Shown in pieces: positions 1 through 9,015 of a DNA stretch of 34,189 bases. How positions within the stretch are numbered: position 1 is the stretch's first letter; each line of letters opens with the position of its first letter. Made by a program: the position numbers and the translations under genes. The notes under the pieces are model-generated. The model made no database searches and had not been told where the DNA came from. It was given only the letters and a program-made list of their open reading frames with translations. Source of the stretch: Candidatus Hodarchaeota archaeon (GTDB lineage Archaea > Asgardarchaeota > Heimdallarchaeia > Hodarchaeales > Hodarchaeaceae); the NCBI GenBank assembly GCA_016839785.1, contig JAEOTQ010000091.1, positions 1 to 34,189 of the forward strand. Direction: 5' to 3'.

Positions 1-3000
1 ACATATTATCAATTAATGCGTCAATCCGATCCAGTCTTCTTCGACTTTGATCACTTAGACCAGAAGAATATTTATCGATGTCTAGTTTCCCCGTCTCAGC
101 ATCCTTAGCTAATTTTTCTAATGTCGCATTCATAAGATTCACAGCCCCTGAAGCATCTTCATAACTGACCTCTTCACTCAAGCGCATTTTTGCTCGAGCT
201 TCTGACAATCTTACCAATGCCTCGAGTTGGCGTGGAGTGATAGCGATGGGATCTGGTCTTCCCTCTTCGATCTTTCCACTTGAGCTCCTTAGATCAGTAT
301 AATATTCCAATAATCGCGCCTCAGCTTCATCTGTGAGCTTCGGATGTAGTGTCCTCCGAGCATGTGCAATGTATTTTCGCAAAAGAGTTTGCTCAATTGG
401 AGGATCAACAGGAAGAGTTTGGAGTTTATGAAGTTTCAAGATATGTAATGCTCTATCGTGATCCTCTTTCAGGTCAGGTTTGTCTTCAAGTACAAATATC
501 AAATCAAATCGTGATAAAATGGTTGGAGGAAGGTTTAAATTTTCCGCTGTGGCTTTATATGGATTCCACCTTCCTCTTCGTGGATTAGCAGCCGCTAATA
601 TTGAAGTTCGCGCATTCAAGGTTGCTACAATACCTGCTTTGGCTATACTTATAGTGTGCTGCTCCATTGCCTCATGTATCGCCGTACGGTCGTCAGGACG
701 CATTTTATCGAATTCATCGACCATTGCTATCCCCTGATCTGCAAGGACTAAGGCGCCTGCTTCAAGAGTGATCTCACCCGTATCCTGGTCTCTAATTACC
801 GCGGCGGTTAATCCCGCGGCCGTACTTCCCTTACCTGTTGTATATAATGCCCTAGGGGCTAATTTGGACACAAATTTCAATAATTGGCTATTGTGAACTA
901 TGAATCCATCAGCAATAAAATTGTGAACCTCTGGTACTTGCAAATCATAAACCCAGTCAGTATCTGATGGAATCTGTGTTATTTCTTCAATACGATCCCA
1001 ATATACCTCAGAGAAACTCAATTTTTCCAGGAGGTCTAATTCTTTGCTCCAAATCTTCCTATCAATAAGATCTTTAACTATAACTTGTAGGTTTTCTCGC
1101 GAAGGATTACTATCCTTTCTCTCATAATGTAATATTGCAGAGCGAGAGAGGGAGAAATCTCGCTGATAAAGCCCAGCATCCAAACGAATCTTTTTTATTA
1201 GATCTCCAACATTTGGAATAATATCAGTATTTGTATTTGCGACTTTTGAGGTGTTTGATACCTTTCTCAGTCTCTCATTCTTATAATCTATCGAAAAGCC
1301 AATCTTTTCGGAATATCGTCTTAATTCCTGAATTCCAGTTATATTTAGTCGATAATAGATTTCTCCATGAATCACTTTCTCCTTGATATGCGAGATAATT
1401 TCAAATCGTAGTAATAAATATTGAATATCCTTAAGTAATTTATACGAAGCTGAAGCAAACTCTATTTTAGGTCTATCATTGGCAATATGGGCTTCTCCAT
1501 CAAACAAGGCCCTAAGAAAAATTGCCACAATATCATCAGTAGCTCTTAGAATGGGATTTGGAACTCTTTTTCTTTTAGATCCATCAACTAATCTTGGTTC
1601 GAGAGCTTTTAGATAATTAAATAATTCACAAGACGCTGAATAGATATCCCATGCTGTTTTCTTACTAGACTTTCTTTGATTAAAATTAACACCAAGTTGG
1701 TTCAAATGGGATCTAAATCTTAATAATAAGTTCTGATCAGAATTAGTGAACCAAATAGTTTTTGATTTTCCCTGATCCTGAGAAGAGCCCTCTGCAATAT
1801 ATAAGCCTAAAAACTCAGCAAACCAGGGGGTAATTGAAGATGGTGGTTTTAACCGAACCGCATTATTTGCCTGACTCTTCTGATAAGAAATATTTAGATG
1901 ATTTCTTCCTTTGATACGGACTTTTCGTGGTACAGCAAGAAATTCGTCAGTTCTTAGGTCTTTGGCAGCAATTCCCCGGATCTTTCCGTTTTTACAAATG
2001 AAAAATGGATGTGTTGGAGTGACCTTAATTCTTCTCCCACTCTGAGTTTTGATTAAAAAAAGAAATTGAGGTGATTTTCTTTTCCATAATAAATTGCTTT
2101 TAAGATCTACAATTTGTGCATTAAGGTTTAGGGATTTTAAATATAAGTCTGAAGGTTGATAGTAACCATCATCAGTAGTAAATTCACCCGATATTTCCTG
2201 ATCGACAAATTCTCCTATGACAAATCTCTCTCCTGATGATAAGATAACCTCTGTTTCAGGAACAACACATTTTCCTACTCCTGGATCTCCTATAAGTAGT
2301 ATATTCGATTCTCCACGAATTTTCATACCATCAGGTGTTAGTTTTTCACTTCCTCCAAAAAGAAGTGCTGCAATGCCCTCTTTAACTATATCATGTCCAT
2401 AAATAGAGGGAGCCAGTGAATCACGAATTTTCTTTATTATATAGGGGGACTCTGATAATTCCTTGATTTGTTTAAGATCTTCTTCGGTGACTTCGATATC
2501 CACATATTCTGCTGTTTCTTTTGTGATGTTTATTCCTTGAAAGAATTTGTTATACGTAGCTAATTGTCCTCTTTTCAGTATTCGAGTGGCTCGAGCTTTC
2601 AAAATTCCTACAACTTCAACACGATCACCTGGACGTGCTTGATCCACGAGATCATCAAGAACATGAATCATAATGCTTTGAGGTAATTGGCCTGGGGGAA
2701 GTTCCTCTGGCCGTTCTTGGATGGTAATTTTTTGCCAATCTATGAATTGACTTTCGTCTAGTAGAAGTGACAATGAACCTTTCCTTTGGCAATGTTCATC
2801 TCCACATTGATAAGGAGGGTTGTAAATACCTTCTGGAAATACCTTCACCTGGTGATGACCACATGACGCACAAATAAAATGTCCTTCTATTAATAATGGT
2901 TTTGTTTCAGTTACACCAATAACAATTCCTTCAAAACTCGTTAGAAGTCCTAAATGTTCAGTTTTTAATGTACGGAGGAGGGCCTTGTCACTATATTTGT

Positions 3001-3292
3001 CGACTCGAATGTGGAATAACCGGTATTTATCGTAGTAATCTTGATCAATCTGTATTAAGATATTTTGTAAGACCTTTTCTCCCTCGCTAAAACATTCTTC
3101 AGGATTATGAACAATTTCTCTCGCTAATCTGGGGTCGTGATGTAGCAAATCACTATACAAGATCAAAAGACTTCTTTGTTCTTTCTGGGGCATATTGCGT
3201 ATTTTTTCACGGTATCGCAATTGACCTGTTTCATCAGCAAATTCATTGATGAACGATTCGAATCGTCCTTTGATATCAAAAGCCAGACCCAT
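1..3292 (-). CDS. mcm: Replicative helicase MCM, intein-containing; C-terminus lies beyond the window edge
   Basis: Hand translation from ATG at 3292: MGLAFDIKGRFESF..., Zn finger CASC...CGDEHC, QERPEELPPGQLP, Walker A GDPGVGK|S split by the intein, GKGSTAAGLTAAV, Walker B MVDEFDKM, AIHEAMEQ, Arg finger LSRFDL, ITPRQLE. Frame stays open to position 1, so the ORF track lacks it. GGAGGA precedes the start. Confidence 0.98.
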   Translation of the reverse strand, partial: MGLAFDIKGRFESFINEFADETGQLRYREKIRNMPQKEQRSLLILYSDLLHHDPRLAREIVHNPEECFSEGEKVLQNILIQIDQDYYDKYRLFHIRVDKYSDKALLRTLKTEHLGLLTSFEGIVIGVTETKPLLIEGHFICASCGHHQVKVFPEGIYNPPYQCGDEHCQRKGSLSLLLDESQFIDWQKITIQERPEELPPGQLPQSIMIHVLDDLVDQARPGDRVEVVGILKARATRILKRGQLATYNKFFQGINITKETAEYVDIEVTEEDLKQIKELSESPYIIKKIRDSLAPSIYGHDIVKEGIAALLFGGSEKLTPDGMKIRGESNILLIGDPGVGKCVVPETEVILSSGERFVIGEFVDQEISGEFTTDDGYYQPSDLYLKSLNLNAQIVDLKSNLLWKRKSPQFLFLIKTQSGRRIKVTPTHPFFICKNGKIRGIAAKDLRTDEFLAVPRKVRIKGRNHLNISYQKSQANNAVRLKPPSSITPWFAEFLGLYIAEGSSQDQGKSKTIWFTNSDQNLLLRFRSHLNQLGVNFNQRKSSKKTAWDIYSASCELFNYLKALEPRLVDGSKRKRVPNPILRATDDIVAIFLRALFDGEAHIANDRPKIEFASASYKLLKDIQYLLLRFEIISHIKEKVIHGEIYYRLNITGIQELRRYSEKIGFSIDYKNERLRKVSNTSKVANTNTDIIPNVGDLIKKIRLDAGLYQRDFSLSRSAILHYERKDSNPSRENLQVIVKDLIDRKIWSKELDLLEKLSFSEVYWDRIEEITQIPSDTDWVYDLQVPEVHNFIADGFIVHNSQLLKFVSKLAPRALYTTGKGSTAAGLTAAVIRDQDTGEITLEAGALVLADQGIAMVDEFDKMRPDDRTAIHEAMEQHTISIAKAGIVATLNARTSILAAANPRRGRWNPYKATAENLNLPPTILSRFDLIFVLEDKPDLKEDHDRALHILKLHKLQTLPVDPPIEQTLLRKYIAHARRTLHPKLTDEAEARLLEYYTDLRSSSGKIEEGRPDPIAITPRQLEALVRLSEARAKMRLSEEVSYEDASGAVNLMNATLEKLAKDAETGKLDIDKYSSGLSDQSRRRLDRIDALIDNM
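890..2269 (-). mobile_element. 460-aa intein with LAGLIDADG homing endonuclease in the MCM Walker A motif
   Basis: In-frame 1380 nt between GDPGVGK and SQLLKFV. Block A CVVPET, block B KVTPTHPFF, endonuclease motifs FLGLYIAEG and FLRALFDGEA, block F WVYDLQVPEVHNFIADG, block G FIVHN followed by Ser+1. Confidence 0.97.
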
Positions 3293-3294
3293 GG

Positions 3295-3891
3295 TTATCC
3301 TCCCTTATCCTCTTGATTAATGAGTGATTTCCAGTTAACAACCCAAGAATTTATTCTTTTTAAAAGAACTGCCTCAAATGCTGTTAAATTGAGTTTTTGG
3401 TGATCAATATTATTACTATCGGATAATTTGATAATTTTTGATAGTCTTTCAGTTATTAGCTGATTAATCCTATCTTTTTGTCGTTTTAATTCTATTTCAT
3501 CATAATGTGAATCGTTAATGTTCGATTTCATTACCTGCTCACTGAATAAAGAATAAAAATAAGGATGAAGCTGTTGTACTTCACCATGTCGTACCTCTTT
3601 TCTCACAGCTGCTGTTAGATCTTGCAATGATAAGGGAAAATCATTTCTAAAATCTTCAATAAAGTTTTCCTTTAATAAAATTTCAGCAATGAAATATGGA
3701 ATATCCAATCTACTGTTTTCGGTGACAGATGGAATTTTAATTCCTCCAAACTCATAACCAGCAAAAGATTTAATAAATTTCACTGAAATAGAACTATCTG
3801 TAAACTCAAATAGTATCCTCTTTAATTCTAACTCCAGTTCTGTATATTCAGATTGAAGATTCTCAGATATTTCGGTGATAATGTTCTCCAC
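3295..3891 (-). CDS. gins23: GINS subunit, Gins23 (Psf2/Psf3-like)
   Basis: N-terminal beta domain (DIPYFIAEILLKENFIE) before a helical domain (QQLHPYFY, ERLSKIIKLS); stop lies 2 nt before the mcm start, the known gins23-mcm arrangement. GTG start. Confidence 0.85.
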   Translation of the reverse strand: MENIITEISENLQSEYTELELELKRILFEFTDSSISVKFIKSFAGYEFGGIKIPSVTENSRLDIPYFIAEILLKENFIEDFRNDFPLSLQDLTAAVRKEVRHGEVQQLHPYFYSLFSEQVMKSNINDSHYDEIELKRQKDRINQLITERLSKIIKLSDSNNIDHQKLNLTAFEAVLLKRINSWVVNWKSLINQEDKGG

Positions 3892-4290
3892 CTAAACTCA
3901 CTATTATAGGGATTTTTCCTCAACAACTAGGGAGGTGAATTTTTGTATTGATGGAATTTCCTTCACGAAAAATGCTTTATTTTCAGAGTTCAGGAAGTTG
4001 ACTCATTTGTGCTGGAAATCCGACCAGTTTTACAAACCCCTTTACAAACGAATTATTTGGGTGATAAGTTAAAAGACCTTCCTTCCCGTATTACAAATAA
4101 ATTACTTCCCTAATCCGGGTTTAATGCTACAAGGTCCTTATATGCGGAGAAGATTCCCCTTTTTCTTTGTGAGATCTGTTTTACAATGTTTACATTTAAT
4201 TAAAGAAAGTTCAAAAGAATATTCAATCATTATTCGCGTTTTAAACAAATAAAATCAACTTTTTACTGCCACACCAAGGGGAGAATTTCA

Positions 4291-5511
4291 TTATTCACTT
4301 TTTAATCGCTTAGCAAGAAATACTTCTATTCTCTCAATAAGAATTGCAGCAGGAACATCATGAATTGTTAACCGCGCTCGTACTCCTTTACGTCCTTTTA
4401 CACCTTTGGTAACTTTGCCCAGAATACCTATTGCTTCTAGGGTTGATAGGTAGTTTCTGAATGCTGCTTCACCATTAGGTGTTGCATTCCATTCCTCACA
4501 TATAATTCGATAATTCTTAAAAGAGTGTTCAATCGTTGTTGCAGTAATTCCCTTATGATGTAGCCTCCGAGCGACGCTAAGAGCGGCAAACAATTCGTGT
4601 GGGTTGAGTTCTTCTAAAATATCAGCTCGCATTTCCGGGTATACATCATTTTTTGCTCTACGAATAAGTTCAGGAGTAATTTCATCTATCCGCATTTGAT
4701 CGGCTGCTCTCCCCGCACGATATAGTGTTTCAATCCCGTGTCGCAAATTTTTTGTTTGATCGGAAATTTCAGCTACCATATCGATAATTTCTTCTGATAA
4801 GGCATAAGATTTGAACGCTAGTTCAGAGCGGTAACCAAGAATTTTACGTGTTTCCTCATAGGTGTATGGTTGAAAGTGAATTACATCAGAAATTCTCTGA
4901 GAAACCATTGATGAAAGCGCCACCTTCCATTCAGTCGGACGGCTTATCATGATCAGGGAGATCCTGTGTTCCATACCGAATTCTTCTGACAAATGGACAA
5001 AGCCACGAATATCTTTTTGATTCAGGACACTCACCTCATCAAGGATTAATAGTAGGTAAGCTTGTTCAGAATTCAAGCGTCTAATTAAAATATCGGTTGA
5101 TTCTTCGTCACTAAATCCACGACTTGCAACACCAAATTGATCACGAAGAATAGATCGAAGAATAGACGTTTTCGTTCTTGTAGTCCAACAATTCTTGTAA
5201 TCGGTATAAAGACGAAGATGATATTTTTCAGCCGTTGCTTGTATCCGATCAACGGTATAACGACTAGTTACTGTCTTTCCAATACCAGCAGATCCTGTAA
5301 TTGCCATATTAATCGAAAAACCTGAATATCCTCCTCTTTCTGAAGCAAATAGTTCGCGAAAATTCTGAGAAATTCGTCGAATATGATCTTCACGAAAATT
5401 CAAAATTTCTGGAATATAAGACTGATTGAGAGTTCTTTCTCCACCTTCTTTAAATACTGATGATGAGAATAAAGCCTCTTGAATAATATCAACTGATTTC
5501 TTATCGTTCAT
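4291..5511 (-). CDS. cdc6: Orc1/Cdc6 family AAA+ replication initiator
   Basis: SYIPEILNFRE, Walker A GSAGIGKT, NC motif, Walker B LILDEV, FQPYT, C-terminal winged-helix region; 406 aa. Confidence 0.95.
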   Translation of the reverse strand: MNDKKSVDIIQEALFSSSVFKEGGERTLNQSYIPEILNFREDHIRRISQNFRELFASERGGYSGFSINMAITGSAGIGKTVTSRYTVDRIQATAEKYHLRLYTDYKNCWTTRTKTSILRSILRDQFGVASRGFSDEESTDILIRRLNSEQAYLLLILDEVSVLNQKDIRGFVHLSEEFGMEHRISLIMISRPTEWKVALSSMVSQRISDVIHFQPYTYEETRKILGYRSELAFKSYALSEEIIDMVAEISDQTKNLRHGIETLYRAGRAADQMRIDEITPELIRRAKNDVYPEMRADILEELNPHELFAALSVARRLHHKGITATTIEHSFKNYRIICEEWNATPNGEAAFRNYLSTLEAIGILGKVTKGVKGRKGVRARLTIHDVPAAILIERIEVFLAKRLKSE

Positions 5512-5612
5512 GTAACTTGTTTCCTTACCTTAATCAGAACCAAACCATTGTGGGGAATTCAAAAGTGATTGCTATGTTATAGAGTCTATCATTATTTTAG
5601 GAACATGAGTAT

Positions 5613-6794
5613 TCAAATATTTTCAGTGCATTGATTCCATACCCCTACTTCCTGCAACTCTTCTTTTAATACTTGAAGATATTGAGAATTTGCTTCATTA
5701 ATCAACGAATGACGCTCAATTTTCAGGGGATCCAATTTATCATCAGTCAATTTCGTACTTACATCTATTTGATAGGTTTTTTTGCAATAATCAATCCATT
5801 CTTGCGGAGCAAATTCGGGAAGAGATATTCCACTAATTCCCGCCAATATAGTCATCCAGACCCTAGCTACAGAGTCAGGATTGTATCCCCCTCCTCCTAA
5901 TAACAATAATCGGCCATTAGCAGAACAATCATCGCTTAACTCAGAAATTCTCTTTCCAAGGTAGTTATATAGATTGGTAGTTAAATTTAAATGGCCTAAT
6001 ATGTCACCAAAATGGCCATCAGCACCACATTGCCAGACTATGAACTCAGGATCATATTCCTTCCAAATACATGGTATTATACTTTCAAAAAGATCCATAT
6101 ATAGATCATCCCAGGTTCCTGGGAATAAGGGTATGTTAATTGTGTAACCTAGGCCTTCTTCTTTCCCAATTTCATCGGAAAGCCCTGTTCCAGGAAATAA
6201 AAATTGTGGTGATTCGTGAATTGAAAGACCAAGTACATTTTTACTGGAATAGAAGGCACTCAATACTCCGTCTCCGTGGTGAACATCGGTATCGATATAA
6301 AGAACTCGATCAATTCCATATACTTCTTGAAGATGTTTGATTGCAATAACTGCATCATTATAATAGCAGAATCCTGCTGCTCTTTCTTCGAATGCATGAT
6401 GTAAACCTGCCATTAGTGAAAAAGCCTGATCAACTTCATCATTCATAATAAGGTCAGTTCCCATTAAAGTTCCACCTACAATGAGGCAAGATGATTCATG
6501 CATTTCAGGAAAGACAGGACAGTCTCCAGTCCCTAATCCATATCGACCATAATAGCCATCTCCTGCCTTAGAAAGTGATTTGACCATTTTGATATAGTTT
6601 TTTGAATGATATCCTAAAAGGTCGTCTTCAGACGCTTCTACTGGGGTGAAATCCACAATAGAATGATTATCGTGAAAATCAAGATTTTTATATAATTGAT
6701 AAGGAATATCCAGTCGCCTTGCATTCATAGGATGCCCCTCCCCTAGATTATACTTAGTGAATCGGTCAGACCAGATTATTCCAGTTTTTTTCAT
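5613..6794 (-). CDS. Zn-dependent deacetylase, AcuC/class I HDAC family
   Basis: GHPM..RR, GDCPVF, GLHHA...AAGFCYYND, DTDVHHGDG, FPGTG, QCGAD, GGGGY. Confidence 0.95.
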   Translation of the reverse strand: MKKTGIIWSDRFTKYNLGEGHPMNARRLDIPYQLYKNLDFHDNHSIVDFTPVEASEDDLLGYHSKNYIKMVKSLSKAGDGYYGRYGLGTGDCPVFPEMHESSCLIVGGTLMGTDLIMNDEVDQAFSLMAGLHHAFEERAAGFCYYNDAVIAIKHLQEVYGIDRVLYIDTDVHHGDGVLSAFYSSKNVLGLSIHESPQFLFPGTGLSDEIGKEEGLGYTINIPLFPGTWDDLYMDLFESIIPCIWKEYDPEFIVWQCGADGHFGDILGHLNLTTNLYNYLGKRISELSDDCSANGRLLLLGGGGYNPDSVARVWMTILAGISGISLPEFAPQEWIDYCKKTYQIDVSTKLTDDKLDPLKIERHSLINEANSQYLQVLKEELQEVGVWNQCTENI

Positions 6795-6999
6795 CTTTAC
6801 AGATCCCTATTGCGATAATCATCGAGATATCATTATTTAAATTCTTCAAATCTTCCCCCTAAGTATCATTCTAAATGTTTACTTAGGTCAAAAAAACCTC
6901 ACCAATAGTGTGAAACGTTAGTTATTTAAGAGGACATTCCAAATTCTTTATTTGATAAACACACCAAATCGCAAAATATAAGGAGAATTGTTTTACTTG

Positions 7000-7575
7000 A
7001 TGAAGAAAAACGCGAAAATTAGTGTATTGGGTCTAGATCGTGCTGGAAAAACTACAATGCTTCAGAGGTTAAAAACTGGCCGATGGATTCCAGATACAAC
7101 TCCAACCATTGGAATGAACGCCGAAACGATTCAAATAGGAGATGTCACTTTTTCTGCTTGGGATCTAGGAGGCCAATTACAGTTTAGACGAGCTTTATGG
7201 GAGATGTACACCAAAAACTCGAAGGGTCTCATTTATGTCATTGACTTAAGCGACCCCGCCCGATTTCCAGAGAGTCGAAATTATCTCTGGAGAATGTTAA
7301 AAATGAACCATCTGAAAAATATTCCATTGGCAATTTTCGCAAATAAAATAGACTTGGTAGATTGTACAGAAGAAGATTTGGCAAATTTTATGGGAATAAA
7401 CAAGAAAATGAGTAGAGTCCTTTCGATTTTCAAAACAAGTGCTTTTTCTGGGGAAGGTATTCATAAAGGAATATATTGGTTAGCTGATGCAATTCAGGAA
7501 GGTAAGCATTCCCCCATGGAATTATATCAAATTAAATCTCTATTTGGAAGAGATACATCAATACTAGCTACGTAA
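7000..7575 (+). CDS. Arf-family small GTPase
   Basis: G1 GLDRAGKTT, G2 PTIG, G3 WDLGGQ..FR.LW..Y, G4 ANKID, G5 TSA. ATG at 7000, alternative TTG at 6988. Confidence 0.93.
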   Translation: MKKNAKISVLGLDRAGKTTMLQRLKTGRWIPDTTPTIGMNAETIQIGDVTFSAWDLGGQLQFRRALWEMYTKNSKGLIYVIDLSDPARFPESRNYLWRMLKMNHLKNIPLAIFANKIDLVDCTEEDLANFMGINKKMSRVLSIFKTSAFSGEGIHKGIYWLADAIQEGKHSPMELYQIKSLFGRDTSILAT

Positions 7576-8295
7576 TTACGCATCAAAAGCGTGTGTTTCG
7601 ATTGCCAATTTTGACTCTGCAAGCGCACGATGGATGAGTTCTTGATCTTCTTTGTACATATGATTTGTATCATGAAACAGCCATTTCTCAGCTTGTTTCA
7701 TATAAGATGGATCCTTGAGAAGATTCGCTTTCAATAATAACTTTACACCTTGGAATACATGACTTTTTACTATTTTTCCAGGAAGATTTGTTCCGAGTTC
7801 TTTCATTAAATGAGTTGCTTGAAAAGCATCTTCGCCCAGAAGAGCACATAGCACCGCACATGAGTATAAACAACTCGCATTCTCATAAAAACTTAGTTCT
7901 AAATGTTTTTCACCAGCAGTAAGATAAGCATCTTTCGCAGCTTTAAATTGTTTTACTACCAATTCTTCAAGGTGTAATACTCTGGGTTTCTGAGGTGGAA
8001 TACTTTTTAGAATAGAACCGAAACCTCCTTCTGTAATTTCTTTTAGAATATCTGAAGTAAGGTCATCTTCAATTAGAAACGTTAATGTTTCATCAACAGG
8101 ACCTATATATGATACTGATTCCTCAAGTAAAGGAGGACGATTTAATATATCCTCAGGTAACGTCGGTGGAGGGGAAAGAATGGGATAATAAACTGATTGA
8201 GAATATATCCTATCTTCTAGGGAGGGAGGCGAGGGTAATTCAGTGGTTGAAACCTTTTGCAATTTTTTTTTGGGACGACGAAGGATGGGGGGCAT
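7576..8295 (-). CDS. Hypothetical protein, Pro-rich N-terminus and helical (TPR/SNAP-like) C-terminus
   Basis: 239-aa ORF with GGAG upstream; LPSPPS, LSPPPTLP, NRPPL, then Ala-rich helices (FKAAKDAYLTAGE...YENASCLYSCAVLC). The fold is inferred. Confidence 0.7.
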   Translation of the reverse strand: MPPILRRPKKKLQKVSTTELPSPPSLEDRIYSQSVYYPILSPPPTLPEDILNRPPLLEESVSYIGPVDETLTFLIEDDLTSDILKEITEGGFGSILKSIPPQKPRVLHLEELVVKQFKAAKDAYLTAGEKHLELSFYENASCLYSCAVLCALLGEDAFQATHLMKELGTNLPGKIVKSHVFQGVKLLLKANLLKDPSYMKQAEKWLFHDTNHMYKEDQELIHRALAESKLAIETHAFDA

Positions 8296-8374
8296 AATCT
8301 GACTCCTAATCTAAATAAACTCGGATGTACTGTGTAGGTACAGGGTAAACGACTATAAAAAATCTACTAACCCG

Positions 8375-8390
8375 AACGTATTAATACGTT
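8375..8390. promoter_or_regulatory. Perfect 16-bp palindrome in a divergent intergenic region, candidate operator
   Basis: AACGTATTAATACGTT is its own reverse complement and lies between starts at 8295 (-) and 8436 (+). Confidence 0.4.
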
Positions 8391-8435
8391 AATACCAGAA
8401 GCTGAGTAATTAATGCCCTCCTTTGGTGTGAATGC

Positions 8436-9008
8436 ATGGAAGCTGAACTAAAAATTCCAATTGCTGATATTTTTATAGATGAAGATCTGAGAGGATATTT
8501 AACTCAAATCATAGGTTCACCAGTGGAAGAAATCATACAGATCGATACTTATTTCCAAAGCCCAGTCAATGATTTCCGTAATACGGATGAAGCACTCCGT
8601 ATAAGACAGATTCTATCACAAGGGGAGAATGAAACAATAGAGTTAACTTATAAAGGTCCCAAAACTGGCAAAGATATGAAAGTTCGAGAAGAAATCACTT
8701 CGAGGATAATTCATTATGCAGAGGCAACTAAAATTCTTGAACAACTGGGATTTTCTATTGTAATGAAAGTTTCAAAAAAACGAACAAACTGGCATACGCA
8801 ATCAATAACACTTTCCTTGGATGAAGTTAAGGGGCTTGATAAATTCATTGAGGTTGAAACTATGACCATAAATTCCCCTCAAGCTATAGATAACGACAAA
8901 AACAAGTTAATCGAGTTTACTCGATCAATATTTCCTGATTGGAATGGGAAGAATGAAAGGAAATCCTATTTAGAACTTCTAATGGAAAAGCAGACTGATT
9001 CAGGATAG
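8436..9008 (+). CDS. cyaB: CYTH-domain protein (CyaB-like triphosphate tunnel enzyme)
   Basis: ExExK (MEAELK), QIDTYF, DEALRIR, LTYKGPK, FIEVE, RKSYLELL. Confidence 0.92.
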   Translation: MEAELKIPIADIFIDEDLRGYLTQIIGSPVEEIIQIDTYFQSPVNDFRNTDEALRIRQILSQGENETIELTYKGPKTGKDMKVREEITSRIIHYAEATKILEQLGFSIVMKVSKKRTNWHTQSITLSLDEVKGLDKFIEVETMTINSPQAIDNDKNKLIEFTRSIFPDWNGKNERKSYLELLMEKQTDSG

Positions 9009-9015
9009 GTATTGG

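Noticed and set aside
349-2402. Plus-strand ORFs 349-588, 480-737 and 2217-2402
   Set aside because: Antisense shadows of mcm with no motifs.
4188-4198. 10/11 match to the yeast ARS consensus (GTTTACATTTA)
   Set aside because: Expected by chance in AT-rich DNA, and the motif is specific to budding yeasts.
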